A stretch of 64,000 nt of DNA, taken from NCBI RefSeq assembly GCF_009834535.1, contig NC_045708.1:22568001-22632000 (forward strand), in the 5' to 3' direction. The stretch comes from Camelus ferus. Taxonomy: Eukaryota. The notes under the pieces are model-generated. The model ran no database searches. It was not told the DNA's origin and saw only the letters and a program-made list of their open reading frames with translations. Shown here one piece after another: positions 1-19,200 of this stretch (position 1 is the first letter of the stretch; the number at the start of each line of letters is the position of its first letter). A program made the translations under genes and the position numbers.

Positions 1-54
1 CATACTCCCAGCCTATTTCAGAGTAGTTCTCCCTGACGCTCCCTGTTTTTACAG

Positions 55-6765
<6,711 letters not shown>

Positions 6766-7104
6766 GAGGCCTGGCTGGCTGGGGCTTGGAGCCCTCCCCC
6801 CATCTTGCCAACCGGGCTGGGGGAGATGCAGTTTTTGTGTCACACCCATGTGCCCTATGCACATATGGACTCTGTGTGTGAATGCCACCTATGTGCAACA
6901 CATACACTTCTTGTGCCCTATTCATGGGTTCTGTGTGGGCTCTGCACATGTGCTTGTACATGTGTGGCCTGTGTATGTATGTCTTGGACATTTGTTCAAG
7001 CTGTCCCTTTCTGGGTCCCCCTATTTCCAAGACCACCAAAGAGAGGAGAGAGGCCCGTGATTGACACCAGGTTCTCCTGCCCCCTTTTCCTTTCTCCTGA
7101 TCCT

Positions 7105-7200
7105 CAAGGAGCTCCTTGAGGGCTGGGACCTTGTCTAATACCTCTGTGTGCTCCTCTTTGGTGCCTGGCACACATCAGGAGCTCAATAAATGTCTGTGTT
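7105..7200 (+). mobile_element. L2 LINE 3' end within LCK 3'UTR
   Basis: gagctccttgagggctgggaccttgtc...gtgcctggcacacatcaggagctcaataaatg matches the recalled L2 3'-terminal consensus. Confidence 0.7.
7185..7190 (+). terminator. LCK polyadenylation signal
   Basis: First AATAAA after the LCK stop (420 nt downstream), followed by GT-rich sequence. Confidence 0.8.
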
Positions 7201-7584
7201 GGTGAAGATTGTATCTTTCTTCTCCCCACTCCCATCTCCTCTTCCTTGGGAGTGGGGAGTGGGCATTCAGAAGATGGAAACTATGATGCCCTGAATTGGG
7301 GTGAAAGGTGGGATGAAGGAACATCTGAACTTTTTCCAGTCCTGCTGATGTTGGGGGCCAAGAGGAGGTCCCTATACTTTGCTGTATGGGTTCTTTGAAC
7401 CTCTTCAAAATCCTGCCCTAAAGGATTATGGGTAATCCCTACCCAGACCCTTTTAGAGAGTAGATGTGTCCTGTGACTATCACCCCTCCTCCATTATCTA
7501 AGGGCAACAGCATTTTTTACAGCTACTGATTCAAGGGCTCAGATATGTTCTGATTCACCTTCAAGATATTTTTAAACATTGAAA

Positions 7585-8140
7585 TAATTCACTCAGTTAA
7601 CAAATATTTATTGAACATCTAATGTGTGCCAGACACAATTCTGGGCTCCTAGGATATGCAGTAGATAAGCAAGATCTCTAATGGAATTTACATGCTTTAA
7701 GGGAAGATAGACAATAAACATCATGAAGAAGTAAATGATACAGGATGCTACAAAGTGAGAGTGCTCAGGGGAAAACAGCAGGGTAAGGGGAGTTAGGAAT
7801 GGCGTGTTTAGGGGAGGTTTGTTTAAAGAGGGTGGTCTGGGAAGGCTTCACTGAGGTGACTTGAAGACTTGATAGGACTCAGAGGTGAGGGGTGAGCCAT
7901 ATGGTATTGGGGGCTGGGAGGAGCAGTCAGGCAGAGGGAACAGCCTGAGGCAGAAGCTTGCTGGCAGGCTCAGAAAGGTACTGTTGTCCTAAGGGAGGGG
8001 AATATGGGGCTTGGGGCCTTGTGGCCTTTGCAGGTGCCATTTTGAGGAGACATTGCAGGGATTTGTGCTGAGCCATGACATGATCTGACTTATATTTTAA
8101 AAGGATGGCACTTACTGCTGTCTTGAAAATATACTGAGTT
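7585..8140 (-). mobile_element. L2 LINE fragment
   Basis: ttcactcagttaacaaatatttattgaacatctaatgtgtgccagacac = antisense L2 tail, followed by L2 body. Confidence 0.75.
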
Positions 8141-9122
8141 AGCAATTTATAAAACTGGGGAGGTTTTTGTATAAAATTCCAGATTTCTGTCTTCTCTTGA
8201 AAATAATAGGAAGATTTGGCTCCTTTGGACTTACCTATCCTCATGGAGCTGAGCAGTGGCCATTCCCTTCAGGAGGCATGAACTCTCCCTTTGCCAGAGT
8301 CCTCTTCACACCCCGTTGCTTCCAGACAATGAACTTGAGAGTCAGTGGCTATTTTTCATCATGGTCGAGCTGTTGTTCTTATAATAAAGAGGAAAATGAA
8401 ATAGTTTTTTGCACCCATATTTCCATTAAAAAGTGAGAAAATTAAAGATACCTGAAGATGGCAGTGTATTTGAAGAAAGATGGGGGAAGGACATATTTCT
8501 TTATGAAAGTGAAAAAGAATCTGATTTAAAAAAATAAGCAAATTGTCCCAAAGCAAACTAACATAAATAATGTAAATATAAATCCACTCAAACCACCTGT
8601 GCCTGACCTCTGTACACACTGAGTTTGTGCATTTTATAAAATGCTGCCACACCCATGACCTCATCTGATCCCCACCCTCCTCTGGATACTGCTGCAGACA
8701 GAGTTGGTGAACTCCATTTTACAAAGAGGGAAATGGAGGCCCAGAAAGTTTCTTAGTTAGGAAGCAGCAGCACAGAACTGCGAATAGGGTTTATTCCATG
8801 GTGCTTTGCTGTTTCTGTAATAGAACTGCCCAGTCTTAGATCTCCTGTTACCTTTATAATTAATGGTCCAAATGCAGTTCCCAAATGAGGAACTCAAGTG
8901 ACCAAGGAATCTTCAAACTGGAAAGAGGCATAACAACATATCTTATTGACTATAAGACCAGGGCACATAGTAAGTGCTCACTAAATATTAATATTATTGT
9001 AGCTGTGGTTTTGTTTTTTTTTTTTTTTCATTTTTTGTTGTAGTTGTTTTAATAGCCCATCACAGTGCATTTTAAGTCTTTAGCTTTCAATAATGATTAG
9101 TTGATGACTGATTGATCCAGTA

Positions 9123-9330
9123 TAGTGTTTTTCTCAAGGGTAGGGTGGGGAGGTAATTTTACACTCCCTCCTACCCCTCAGCCATTGCCCTGGAAACATT
9201 TTGCGGTGCCTGAGGACATACCAGGGGGTGTGCGGGGTGTTGGGGGTGGGGAAGGTTGTGCTACTGGCATCTAATGAGTAGAGGTCAAGGACGCTGCTAA
9301 AGTGCCTACAGTGCACAGGGGAAGGACAAT
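9123..9330. mobile_element. MER20 (hAT-Charlie MITE)
   Basis: gtgctactggcatctaatgagtagaggtcaaggacgctgctaaagtgcctacagtgcacagg matches the MER20 core. Confidence 0.75.
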
Positions 9331-9779
9331 CCCCTTAGTACTCCTAGGTGACTGCATCAAGTAGGCTTTGGAGTAAGAAGGGCTGGGTTCCACCACTTTG
9401 TTATGTGCCTCTGGTGCACAAGTAGGCATTCAAAATCTATGACTGAAAATTGTGTGTAATGAAATTTGTAACTGAATGTGTGACTCTGAGGAAGCCACAA
9501 AGTTCTGAGCTTCATTATCTTTATCTGTAAAACTGCGGGGGAAAGCCCCCTTCCAAAGCCATTATGAGGAATAATGGGGATCACTGAGAAAACGTCGATA
9601 ACACCGGTAAAGCTATTATATAGCCCTTGGCCTACAGTAGTTTCCTGTCCTTTGTCGGCTTATTTCTCCTCGTTCAAACCCGCGTTCTACTCCAGGTCCA
9701 GCCGTTTCCTTAACTAAGTCACCTTGCGCAAGTCACTTTCTCCCCGTAGGCCTCAGCTGGTTCTCTGTCAAATGACAAA

Positions 9780-10250
9780 GTTGGCCTCTGATCTTCAAGC
9801 ACGCTCCCAACGCCGGATGGGACGGCAAAGTTTGCAGCCCGGCTTTCTTCCCCCGGGACGAATGGTACGGTCCCGGGGCAGCCCCACCCGCCTGTCGCGG
9901 ACCGTGGTACAGGCCCAAGGGGCCCTGGGCGGCCTCGCCGGGCTGCCCTTGCCCCCCGCCGAGTTCCGGGCCGTCCCGGCGCCGCTGATTGGCTGGAGCG
10001 GTGCCCGGGCTGCGCGGCTATAGGTGAGCCCGGGAGGGGACGGGCGGAGCCCGCTGGAGGCCCGCCCCCTCCCTGCTGGGTCCGACGCTGAGCAGAGCCG
10101 CTGGCGGGAGGGTAGACGGACCGACTGACGGGAGGGTTAGGACGCGAGCAAAATGGCGCAGACTCAGGGCACCAGGAGGAAAGTCTGTTACTACTACGAT
10201 GGTGAGCACCGTCCTTGCGCCGGAGGCGGGGGCGGGGCCGGGGCCGGGCC
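9780..10250 (+). promoter_or_regulatory. HDAC1 CpG-island promoter
   Basis: CpG-rich, TATA-less; inverted CCAAT (ATTGG 9988-9992); GC boxes 10042-10047 and 10062-10067; directly upstream of ATG 10153. Confidence 0.88.
10153..10201 (+). CDS. HDAC1: HDAC1 exon 1 coding (49 bp)
   Basis: aaATGGCG...TACGATG|gtgagc. Confidence 0.96.
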
Positions 10251-13200
10251 GGATCCAGGAGTGGGAGCCTGGGAGATCCGAGGGGGGAGGCTGAGACGTT
10301 GGGGAGAGGCTGAGGGAGGAGGCTGGCAGGAGGACGAGGCTGCGAGAAGGAGGTGGAGGCTGAGAGAAGGAGGTCGAGGCTGAGGGCGGAGGCCGAAAAG
10401 AGGTCGGGGCTGGGGGAGGAGGCTAAGAGGAAAGGAGGTGGAGCTTGAGGGAGGAGGCTGGGGGGAAGGAGGTCGAGGCTGAGAGAGGAGGCTAAGGGGA
10501 AGGAGGTCGGATCTGAGGAAGGAGGCCGAGGCCGAGGCCGAGAGGGTGGCCCGGGGAAGCCTGAGGTCACCTTGGTGGGGAATTCTGGAGAAGTCGGCTG
10601 TGGAGTTTGAGGGGGCCTCCTAGAGGGGAGGCTGAGTCCAAGAGGGGAGGCAGAACTTGATCGAGAAGGTTGCAGGATGACATGTTCCTGCTGAGAATCT
10701 GAAGATCTCTCACTGTTCCTTTCCTTCCTCATCTGTTCCGATGAGAGGCCTGCAAGGTTCACCACCTAGTGGTCACCAGCTCCCCTCCCCCTGTCTCCCA
10801 GCGGTGCCTGCAGTTGCTGCTGGGAAATGGGACCTCTGGGGTTGAGAAAAGAAGGATACAACCTGTTAAAAGACTTTTTCATTGAACAGAAATCTGTTGA
10901 GCAGCTGTTCTAGGTAGTGTTTAGGGGCTGGGGCTGTGTGATGATCAAGGCACTGCCATCTTCCTCTCAGTCTGGAGAGACTGCTCTCCACTATGAGGCT
11001 GAGAGGAAGGACAGCTCTCAGAGGGTTCTGGGAGCACAGAGAAGCACCCGCCCAGCCTGAGGTGTCAGGGAAGGAGGTGCCATCTCAGTTAGGACCTGAA
11101 GAATGGGAGTTATTAGCCAGGCCTAGGAAGGGCAAAGATAACAGAAAGCTGAAAGGTGAGAGAGGACAGCACCTTTAAAATGTACAGTGTGGTGGAGGCA
11201 TAGATTTGAGGATACACTGTTAGAAAGTAGGGAGCAGGGGTGAGGGAAAAGTTGCAAGTGATGAGACTGGAGAAGTAAATGCGGACCAGATCATGAAGGG
11301 TGGGGCACACTACCCTAAGGAAGTTGGACTTTATTCTGAGAGCCCTGTGAATCATTGAAGTTGTATGCAGGTTAGTGACATCATCAGATTTATACCTTAG
11401 AACTATCATCTGGGACAGAGATTAAATTCATCAATGGAAGAGTGAGGAAGAAGACAAGGTTTCTCGTTTGGGCAGTTTGATGCTGAGTGTTTGGAGAAGG
11501 CCATGTCAGTTGATAACTTAGGGTTTCATTTTTTAAAGAAATACTTGTTGAGATGTCTGGGGGATATCCGACTAGAGGTGTCCAGTAGGCAATTGGTGAT
11601 TCAGGTCTGCAATTTAGAAGACAAATGAGAAGACAGACATTTTTAGTAGCTGTCAGCATGCATACATATAGTGGTAATTTTAGTTATGGAAGAGGATGCG
11701 ATCACCCCCGCATCCTATACAGGAAGTTGTATAGGATGGAAAGAGGTGAGGATCCAGGGTGAAATTCTAAGGAAGTGGATGAGAAAAAATCTAGTGTTCT
11801 TTATGCTCAGTACTCCCTTGTCATAGCACTTGTCACTGTGTATTGGAATTGCCCATTTGTTCTTACTTCTTACAGATAATAAGCTCCTTAGGGAAGGGGA
11901 TCATGTCTTGTCTGCCTTTGTATGCTCGGTCCCCAAGACAGTGCCTAACTCATAATAAGTTGTGAATAAATACTTGCTGATTAACTGGATAAAGATACGG
12001 ATAGAATGACCAGAGACATAAGTGAACCAGAAAGTGTTGGGTAATAGAAGCCAAAATAGGGAGGTAGTGGCCAAGTCTTGGCAAGAACCGTTTCCTGTAC
12101 AGGGTTTGGAACTGAAGCTAAATTGCAGTAGCTTGAATGAATGGATGAGTGAAGAGAAGACATCAGGTTGGACTCTTTTTAAAGGAAGCTTGTTGGAGCA
12201 GAGGGAGGATTGTTGATAAAGAGGAGATGTAGTGGCTGAGAGCTGACTATTTGCAAATTCTTATGGAAAATAGCCAGAGAGAGAGGGTGAAGACATTGGA
12301 GAGAAGGGCTAGTAATTATGAGGGTTCCTGAGGAGACCAGGTGAGATGGAAACTAGAGCATAGGGAGGTACACTAGCCTTCCAACAGGAAGTTCCATCGG
12401 AACGAGAGGGTAAGTGGCAAGAACAAGTTCCAAGGTAGATAAGTTTGAAGGGGAGAAGATGGGGAGAAAGTGGAGGGGGTTTTCAAGATGAGGTAAGAGA
12501 ATATTCCTTTTCCTGTGAGTAGGGGGAGGGCAGTTAGTAATGTAGGAGTCTTGAAGAGAGACAGCTATTAAATAGCTATTATGAAAGAAGGAGCCAGAAA
12601 ATAAATTGGGAAGAGTTGCTGGGCAGTGGTAAGGGCCCATTTGAGGCTGAAGTCTGTGACTTTGTAGCCGTATTAGTTTGCACAGTTTTGTGATCTCCAC
12701 ACTCAGTTCAAAAAGAGAAAAAGTAGAAAGACTTCAGTCTTTAGACAAGGGACATTTCTTACTTTTTGAGAAACTACTTGTGAATTTTGCAGTGAGGTCA
12801 CTAGTTTGGGACTTAGATTTGGCTCTGCCACTCAGAAGCTTTGAAGTATTGGGCAAGTCACGTTACCTTTCCAAGGTTCAGGCCACTCTCCTATGAAACT
12901 GAAAAACTATCAGAATAGTGAGATAAGCTCTTTAAAAGTTTAAAAGTAGTACAGTGGTCCCTCAGTATCCACGGGGCAGGGTTAGAGGAGAGCTGCAGGG
13001 GTGTGTGGGGTGGAATTGGTTCTAGGACCCCTGCAAAAGATGTTCAAGTTCCTTATATAAAATGGCATAGTACAGGAACCCCCCCACCCCTTTCTTAGGA
13101 ACCTGTTCTTATCCAGGCTTCTGCATAGTGGATAGGGAGGGCCAAATGTATCTAAAAGGATTATTTCTTTTAAAATCTCTCAGCAACCTGATTAAAAACT

Positions 13201-16200
13201 GTTAAGGAAAGGATGGTGTCTATAGGCCGAAACCTCAGGTGCCCCCTTAGCCTTCTAGATAAGTTATCTCAGTTTCCCGGGTCTCAACCTTGGTTGGATT
13301 CAGGGTTCATAGGCAAGGGAGTTGCTAGGGATCAAGGCCCATGCCCAGGAATTCAATTATATAACATAGTAATGACCGTGTGACTTCTGACTGCCCAGAA
13401 ATTCGGTCTGCATCTGAATGTCTCAGCAAATGCCTTGAGAACCTGTTCTCCCATCCCAATGTTGATAAGGTTGTCTGAAGAGCCCTGGGAACAAACTTTT
13501 CTGCCTACCTTCCCTGCTACTGCATCTTAAAGTCTGTGTCTGTATGGGACAGGGTCCCTATTGAATGCCACTGCATGCAATGCTCTGGCTTGTGACTCTG
13601 GCTGAGAGCACAGTTCCTGCCCTCGGAGGCTTCACTAAGATTAAGAGAAGAGGATGAAAGGACATTCGGTAAAAACTAAGGAAATCTGAATAAAGTATGG
13701 ACTTTTAGTTATTCTACTAATGTAAAATGTTAATAATAGAGGAAACTGGATGTGGAGTATCTAAGAACTCTTTACTTTGCAATTCTTCTGTATATCTAGA
13801 ATTCTTTCAAAAAATAAGCTTTATTTAAAAAGGGAGAGAAGAGGATGAGACCCTAAATATCCAGCTGTTTAGAAGTTTCGGATTATCCTAGGCCATGTCT
13901 ATGCCAGAGAGAATTGGAGTGTGGCATGGATGCTATTGGTGGCATTCCCCACAGTGCATTGCTCCCTGGAATGAAGCCTGTTTCTGGAATTACCAAATCA
14001 CAGTACATAAGAGGTTGGGACCTTTTTTTCACTGGTGCTGAAAGATCTGCCTCATCCTGATGGACTTCCAAGGAGAGATCTTTGGGTGTGTAGTTCATGT
14101 GATTTTGAAATACTGTTCTGGGAACTTTCTACCAAGTAGACTCATAGAGCCCTCCAGATTAAGTACAAACTGATACAGGTACCTGGGAAATCCCAAGTAG
14201 CTTTTAGCATACTGGATTTGGAACTAGAAGGGTTGACTCCCAGATCACTCATTAGCTGTGTGATCTTGAGCAGGCACTTAACTTCTCTGAGTCTCAGTTC
14301 AATTCCTTGAATCTTTATTGAGCCTCTGTGATGTACAGGGCGTATTCGTCGTTGCCTTTGAGGAGCACTAGACTTATAAAATATATATGTAAATAATTCA
14401 GATACAAAACAAGATTAAATGCTATATACAAAACTGCATGCAGAGGACGAGACCATTTGTTCTGATCATAAATATGTTTGGAGCTTGAGCTTGGTTTTGT
14501 AGTATGAAGATCATCAGAGAAGAAAGGACATTCCAGGTCAAAGGCACAGGATACTTTGGTGTGGAGGTGAATGCCATGTTCAGGAAGCTAATAATAATCT
14601 AGTGTGTTTACAGCAGAGATTGGCAAACTTTCTGTAAAGGGGCAGATAGTAAATATTTCAGGCTTTGTGTGCCATATGGGTGGGTCTCTGGTAACTGTTT
14701 AATTACCCAACTCTGCCATTATGATCTGAAAGCAGCCATAGACAATATGTAAACTAATGGGCATGGTTGTGTTCCAGTAACATCATGTATCCAGAAAACA
14801 GGCAGCTAGTTGTATTTGGCCCGAGGGCCATAGTTTGCCTACTCAGGTCTAGAGCAGTGTGTGTGTGGTAGGGTAGGGTGGTGGTAGGAAGCTGGAAAAG
14901 TAGATTAAGAAAGTCCTTGAATGCCAGGTTACTGAAGTTGTTCTTTATTTTTTATCCTGTAGGTATGGGGGACCATAAAGGATTTCTGAGCAGGGGAGTG
15001 ATGCTATCAAAGCTGTGTGTTAGGAAAATAACTTGTGATAGTGTGGCAGATAGTTTGAATTGAAGGCAGAGGGACCAATTAGAAGGCTCTTACTATAGAT
15101 GAAGCAAGAGATGATGAGTTTAGTTTTTTTATCTATAAAATGAGAATACTCCCGGTCCTAACTATCTTACGGGGTATTGTGAGAATCCAGTAAGAAAACG
15201 AATGTGAATGTGTTTTGACACCATAAAGTGTCACAATGTGCAAGAGGTGAACTGTGTTAGCTTAGGCCAAGCAAAGCCTTTCTCTGGAGCAAGAGATGTG
15301 TCAGTCCCACTAAGAGGATGGCTACTACATAATGGGAGAAGGATGGGATGGATGCCAGAGAGGCAACCAATAGTTTTAGCTACAGTTTGTCTATTTGGAA
15401 CCCATAGAAAAAGAATTCTGTACAATCAAGTTTCCAGACAGCTAAGGGTTCACTTCACTCCTTACGTGTTTATATATATATATAAAACCAGTTTGGATAA
15501 CAGTTCAAAAGTGTACTTTTTATATCTTCTACTTTTAACAGAAGTATATCAAACATAAATTAATCATTTAATGATGATTTGAGATTATCCTGCTATAAAT
15601 TTATTATTGTATCAATTACAATACAGAGACTGAACCTAGGAGTTAATGAACTGTGTATTGCATGCTTATGGCCCATTAAATGGTCCAGAACACTCTACAC
15701 TTCAACAAATTGTCGGGGGGAGGCTATAGCTCAAGCGTTAGAGTGCATGCTGAGTGCATGTCTAGAATGCACAAGGCCCTGGGTTCAGTACCCAGTACCT
15801 CCCCCAAAAACAAACAAATAAATCCAATTATCTCCCCCCACCAAAAGAAAAAATTGTATCTACTTTTTATGACTTTTCTTTCTCTTTTATTTAAACTGCT
15901 ACTTCTAATCTACAGTGGAATTGGGAACCACATAATGAAGCTTTTTAAATTGTGTATAAATTAAAAGTAAAAAGAAATTGCCTAGGTGGAAAAACACAAA
16001 GAGGTGAACTGCGACTCACAATAATTTCTCAGTATTGATGGTTACTTTTCTGTTGTGGGAGTGAATTCACTGGAGATATGGTGAGGTGAGTCACCTCACT
16101 GGCTGCTGTTCCCCAGTAGCTTTGGAATGGCCCCCTCACACTAGTGCCTGTGAGTTTCAGGGGAAGAAACTAGGCTAGACTGACATCCTTAAGTGCTGAC

Positions 16201-19200
16201 CTCACTGGAGTCCCCTGCTATTTTTGTTTTCTTTTGGAGTTACCCTTCCTTGAGGTGGGTGAGAATCTTGGAGCCTAGAATGAACCAGAGAGTTTGCCCG
16301 GAAGTTTGTTGTAAAAATTGGTGGGTTCTCCTGGGAGTGTGTGTCTAACTATGTCACTGAAACCGTCACTCTTTTTTCTTCAGGGGATGTTGGAAATTAC
16401 TATTATGGACAAGGCCACCCAATGAAGCCTCACCGAATCCGCATGACTCACAATTTGCTGCTTAATTATGGTCTCTACCGAAAAATGGAAATCTATGTGA
16501 GTTACTGGGAGCTTCACCCCTCGTCAGCTCTGGTTCCCCATATGTCATTCATTATCTTATTTTTTCAACTACTCATTTATCACATGTGTTGGCTGGCTGT
16601 TCTGTGGCAGATACTGTAAATGATAGAGATCCTCTGTGGTTTTTTTTGGAAGGAGAGGGGGGAGGTAATTAGGTTTTATTTATTTGTTAATGGAAGTAAT
16701 GGGAATTGAACCCAGGACCTCGTGCATGCTTAGCATGCACTCTACCACTGAGCCAGACCCTCCCGCCAGAGATCCTCATTTTTAAGGAGCTTACTCTAGT
16801 GCTGGAGACTGACATGTACACAGATAAATTGTACAACAGTGTGTAAGTGCAACAATTAAAAAATATGTAAGATGCAGAGATAATGAGGAGTGAAGGAGGG
16901 AGCCTTGGAATGTTTTCTAGAGGTGATATCTGAGCAGTGCTTTAAAGATTGAATAGAATTTAGCCTGGATTTCAGGAGGGGACTGGCAGACCAGGCCAAG
17001 AGAAGAATGTATACAAAAAGGCAGAGAGCTAAGAAAAATATGGTGTGTTTGGGGAAAATATAAGTAATTCAGTGTGTAGGTATTGCTGTGTGTAAAGTTC
17101 ACAGGTGTAAGCAAATCGAGCTGGAGGTGGAAAGGTCAGCAGTGGTTGGATATATTATACTTAGCTACTCTGCTGGGCCAGGGTCAAAAAAAATCCAATA
17201 CCAAAAAAAAAAAAGTGATAGAGACCTTGTTGAACTAGGTGCCAAGTCTCTAATACTTGAGAATATAGACTGTCTAAGCTCTTGACTCAGCTCTAGCTGA
17301 TGATTTTAGCCTCACCTACCAGTTTTTAAAGAGGAGCCAGCACTCTAGATTGTTATGTAAAATCTCCCAGGTTTAAAATGTTGGCCCAAGTTTGTTTGTA
17401 CAAACAAAAATACGTGAGTATATCTGTAGACCATATTTGGTCCGGAGGTTCCCAGTTTGAACCTTGTTTGGAGTCTGTGAAGAACAAATGAAGTATTTTA
17501 AATGAGAGAGAGTGGAATAGGCATGCATTTTAGAAGCAGGGAGGTCAGTTAGGAGGCTGTTCCAAGGGTCCAAATGAGAAAATTAAAAGAGGGGCTGGTA
17601 GCCTGCGTTGCCTTATGATTAGCGTGTAAGAGTCTGTTGTTAAAGTCTGTACTGACAGCTTAGGTAACCTCACAACAACAGTATCCTTCCTCACAATTCT
17701 AGAGACTGAAAGATGAGTTTTCTGTCCCAGATGGTCATGTCATGTCCCGAGCCACTGGAGGCAGCTGGGGAAGCGAGGAAGGGAGGTAGACAGAGGATCA
17801 GACGGGTCTTGGGACCAGAGAGCATTTTTAGGTGTGAAGGGCATCTGGGAATGAAAAACATGAAAGTTAGCAGAGGTTCTCAGGGACTCTAGGGAGCCAG
17901 CTAGCATTTAGATAAAAGAGATGTCTGAATATGGAATAGTATGCACCAGGGCCTTAAGGAGCTGCCTGTAGCTTGTGCGTCTGCACCAGGCTGATCTGGC
18001 CTCGGCTTGCCTCCTTTCCTGCCACTCCCCCTCCAAGGCAGTCAGATCAGATTCTGCCTCTTTCCACCCCATCGTGATTGGGAGGATTATTTACTCTGCC
18101 CAGTCATATCTTACTCATTTTCAAAGTTACCTCAAGCACTGTTTCTTTTTTCTTTTATTCAACATATGTTTTTTTGAGTTCTTGTCATACCGCAGGGACT
18201 ATTTTAACCTCTATGAGTGATATTAATATTTAAAAATGGGTCCTACCTTTAAGTGGGAGGCAAAATGAACTAACATTTATTGTAGATTGTTAGGGACGAA
18301 GCCAAGGCTACTTGTTATTTCATGTAATCCTTGTAACAACCCTAATTTGGATTACTTTCCACTGCCCTCACCCTACACTGTATTTTTTTTAATTAAAGAG
18401 GCAAAACCGTTCCTTTACAAGCTTCCTAACAGATTTCCCCTTAAATCTCATTGGGTCATTTGCCATTCTTAGACCATTCACCAGCAATTGGCTTAGACTA
18501 ATCACATTTGACCCTTGGGGCTGGGTACCTTAACATGCACCAAATTGAAATCTGTTAACAAGAAGGGGGAGAATGGCTTTTTGGGAAACAACCAACAGTG
18601 GCTGTCATAGGAGATAATAATACTTTATTGGTGGTTACTTCATTTGTGTGGTATTCTTGTTGTAAACTTCTGGAGCAAAACCCCAGTATAATCTTTTTCT
18701 GAAATCTCTAGACATTGTTCTCTTTCACGTGATCTTTTTCCTTCTCTGGTTCTACCTCTTTATTAAGTTTAAATCTTTAGTCCTCTTCCCCCAACAGTGT
18801 TTCTCTGCATTCATCCCTTTGTCCTCTTTCTTCTCTGGGCTATAATCCTAGCATCCCTTTCGCAAAGCACAAACAACCATTTATTTTAGTGTCTGTCCTG
18901 AAAGTGATGGCTTTTGAGAGTCAGTCCTGAAAGAAGCTCCCTAGACTTCTCATAGAAGTTGCTGTATTCTGTTTCTTTACCTGAAGGAGGCACGTTGGAG
19001 TCTTTTTTACGTGATGTCATCCTCCTTGCTTCCTCCTCGCTCCTCCTCCAATTCCGTCTCTACACATTTAATTAGTCTCTCCCAGAACCTAATTCCTCAC
19101 TTTTCATCCAGGCACCTTCCTATTTACATAGTTAAGAATCCTGTTCTCTTCCTTGCCTTGGATGCTAATTTTGTATATTTGCAGGCTTCTTATTCATTGC

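Noticed and set aside
9719-10765. 348-aa minus-strand ORF over the HDAC1 promoter (likewise 64..918, 38071..39045, 51078..51801, 59989..60834)
   Set aside because: Pro/Arg/Ser low-complexity shadow ORFs caused by stop-codon scarcity in GC-rich islands or antisense to real exons; no recognisable domain
15715-15800. tRNA-Ala-like sequences as real tRNA genes
   Set aside because: All four have degraded acceptor stems and A-rich tails, and three have clear target-site duplications, so they are SINEs
17160-17380. About 220-bp insert with oligo-A runs interrupting an L2
   Set aside because: No TSD, ORF or RNA-gene motif that I could support
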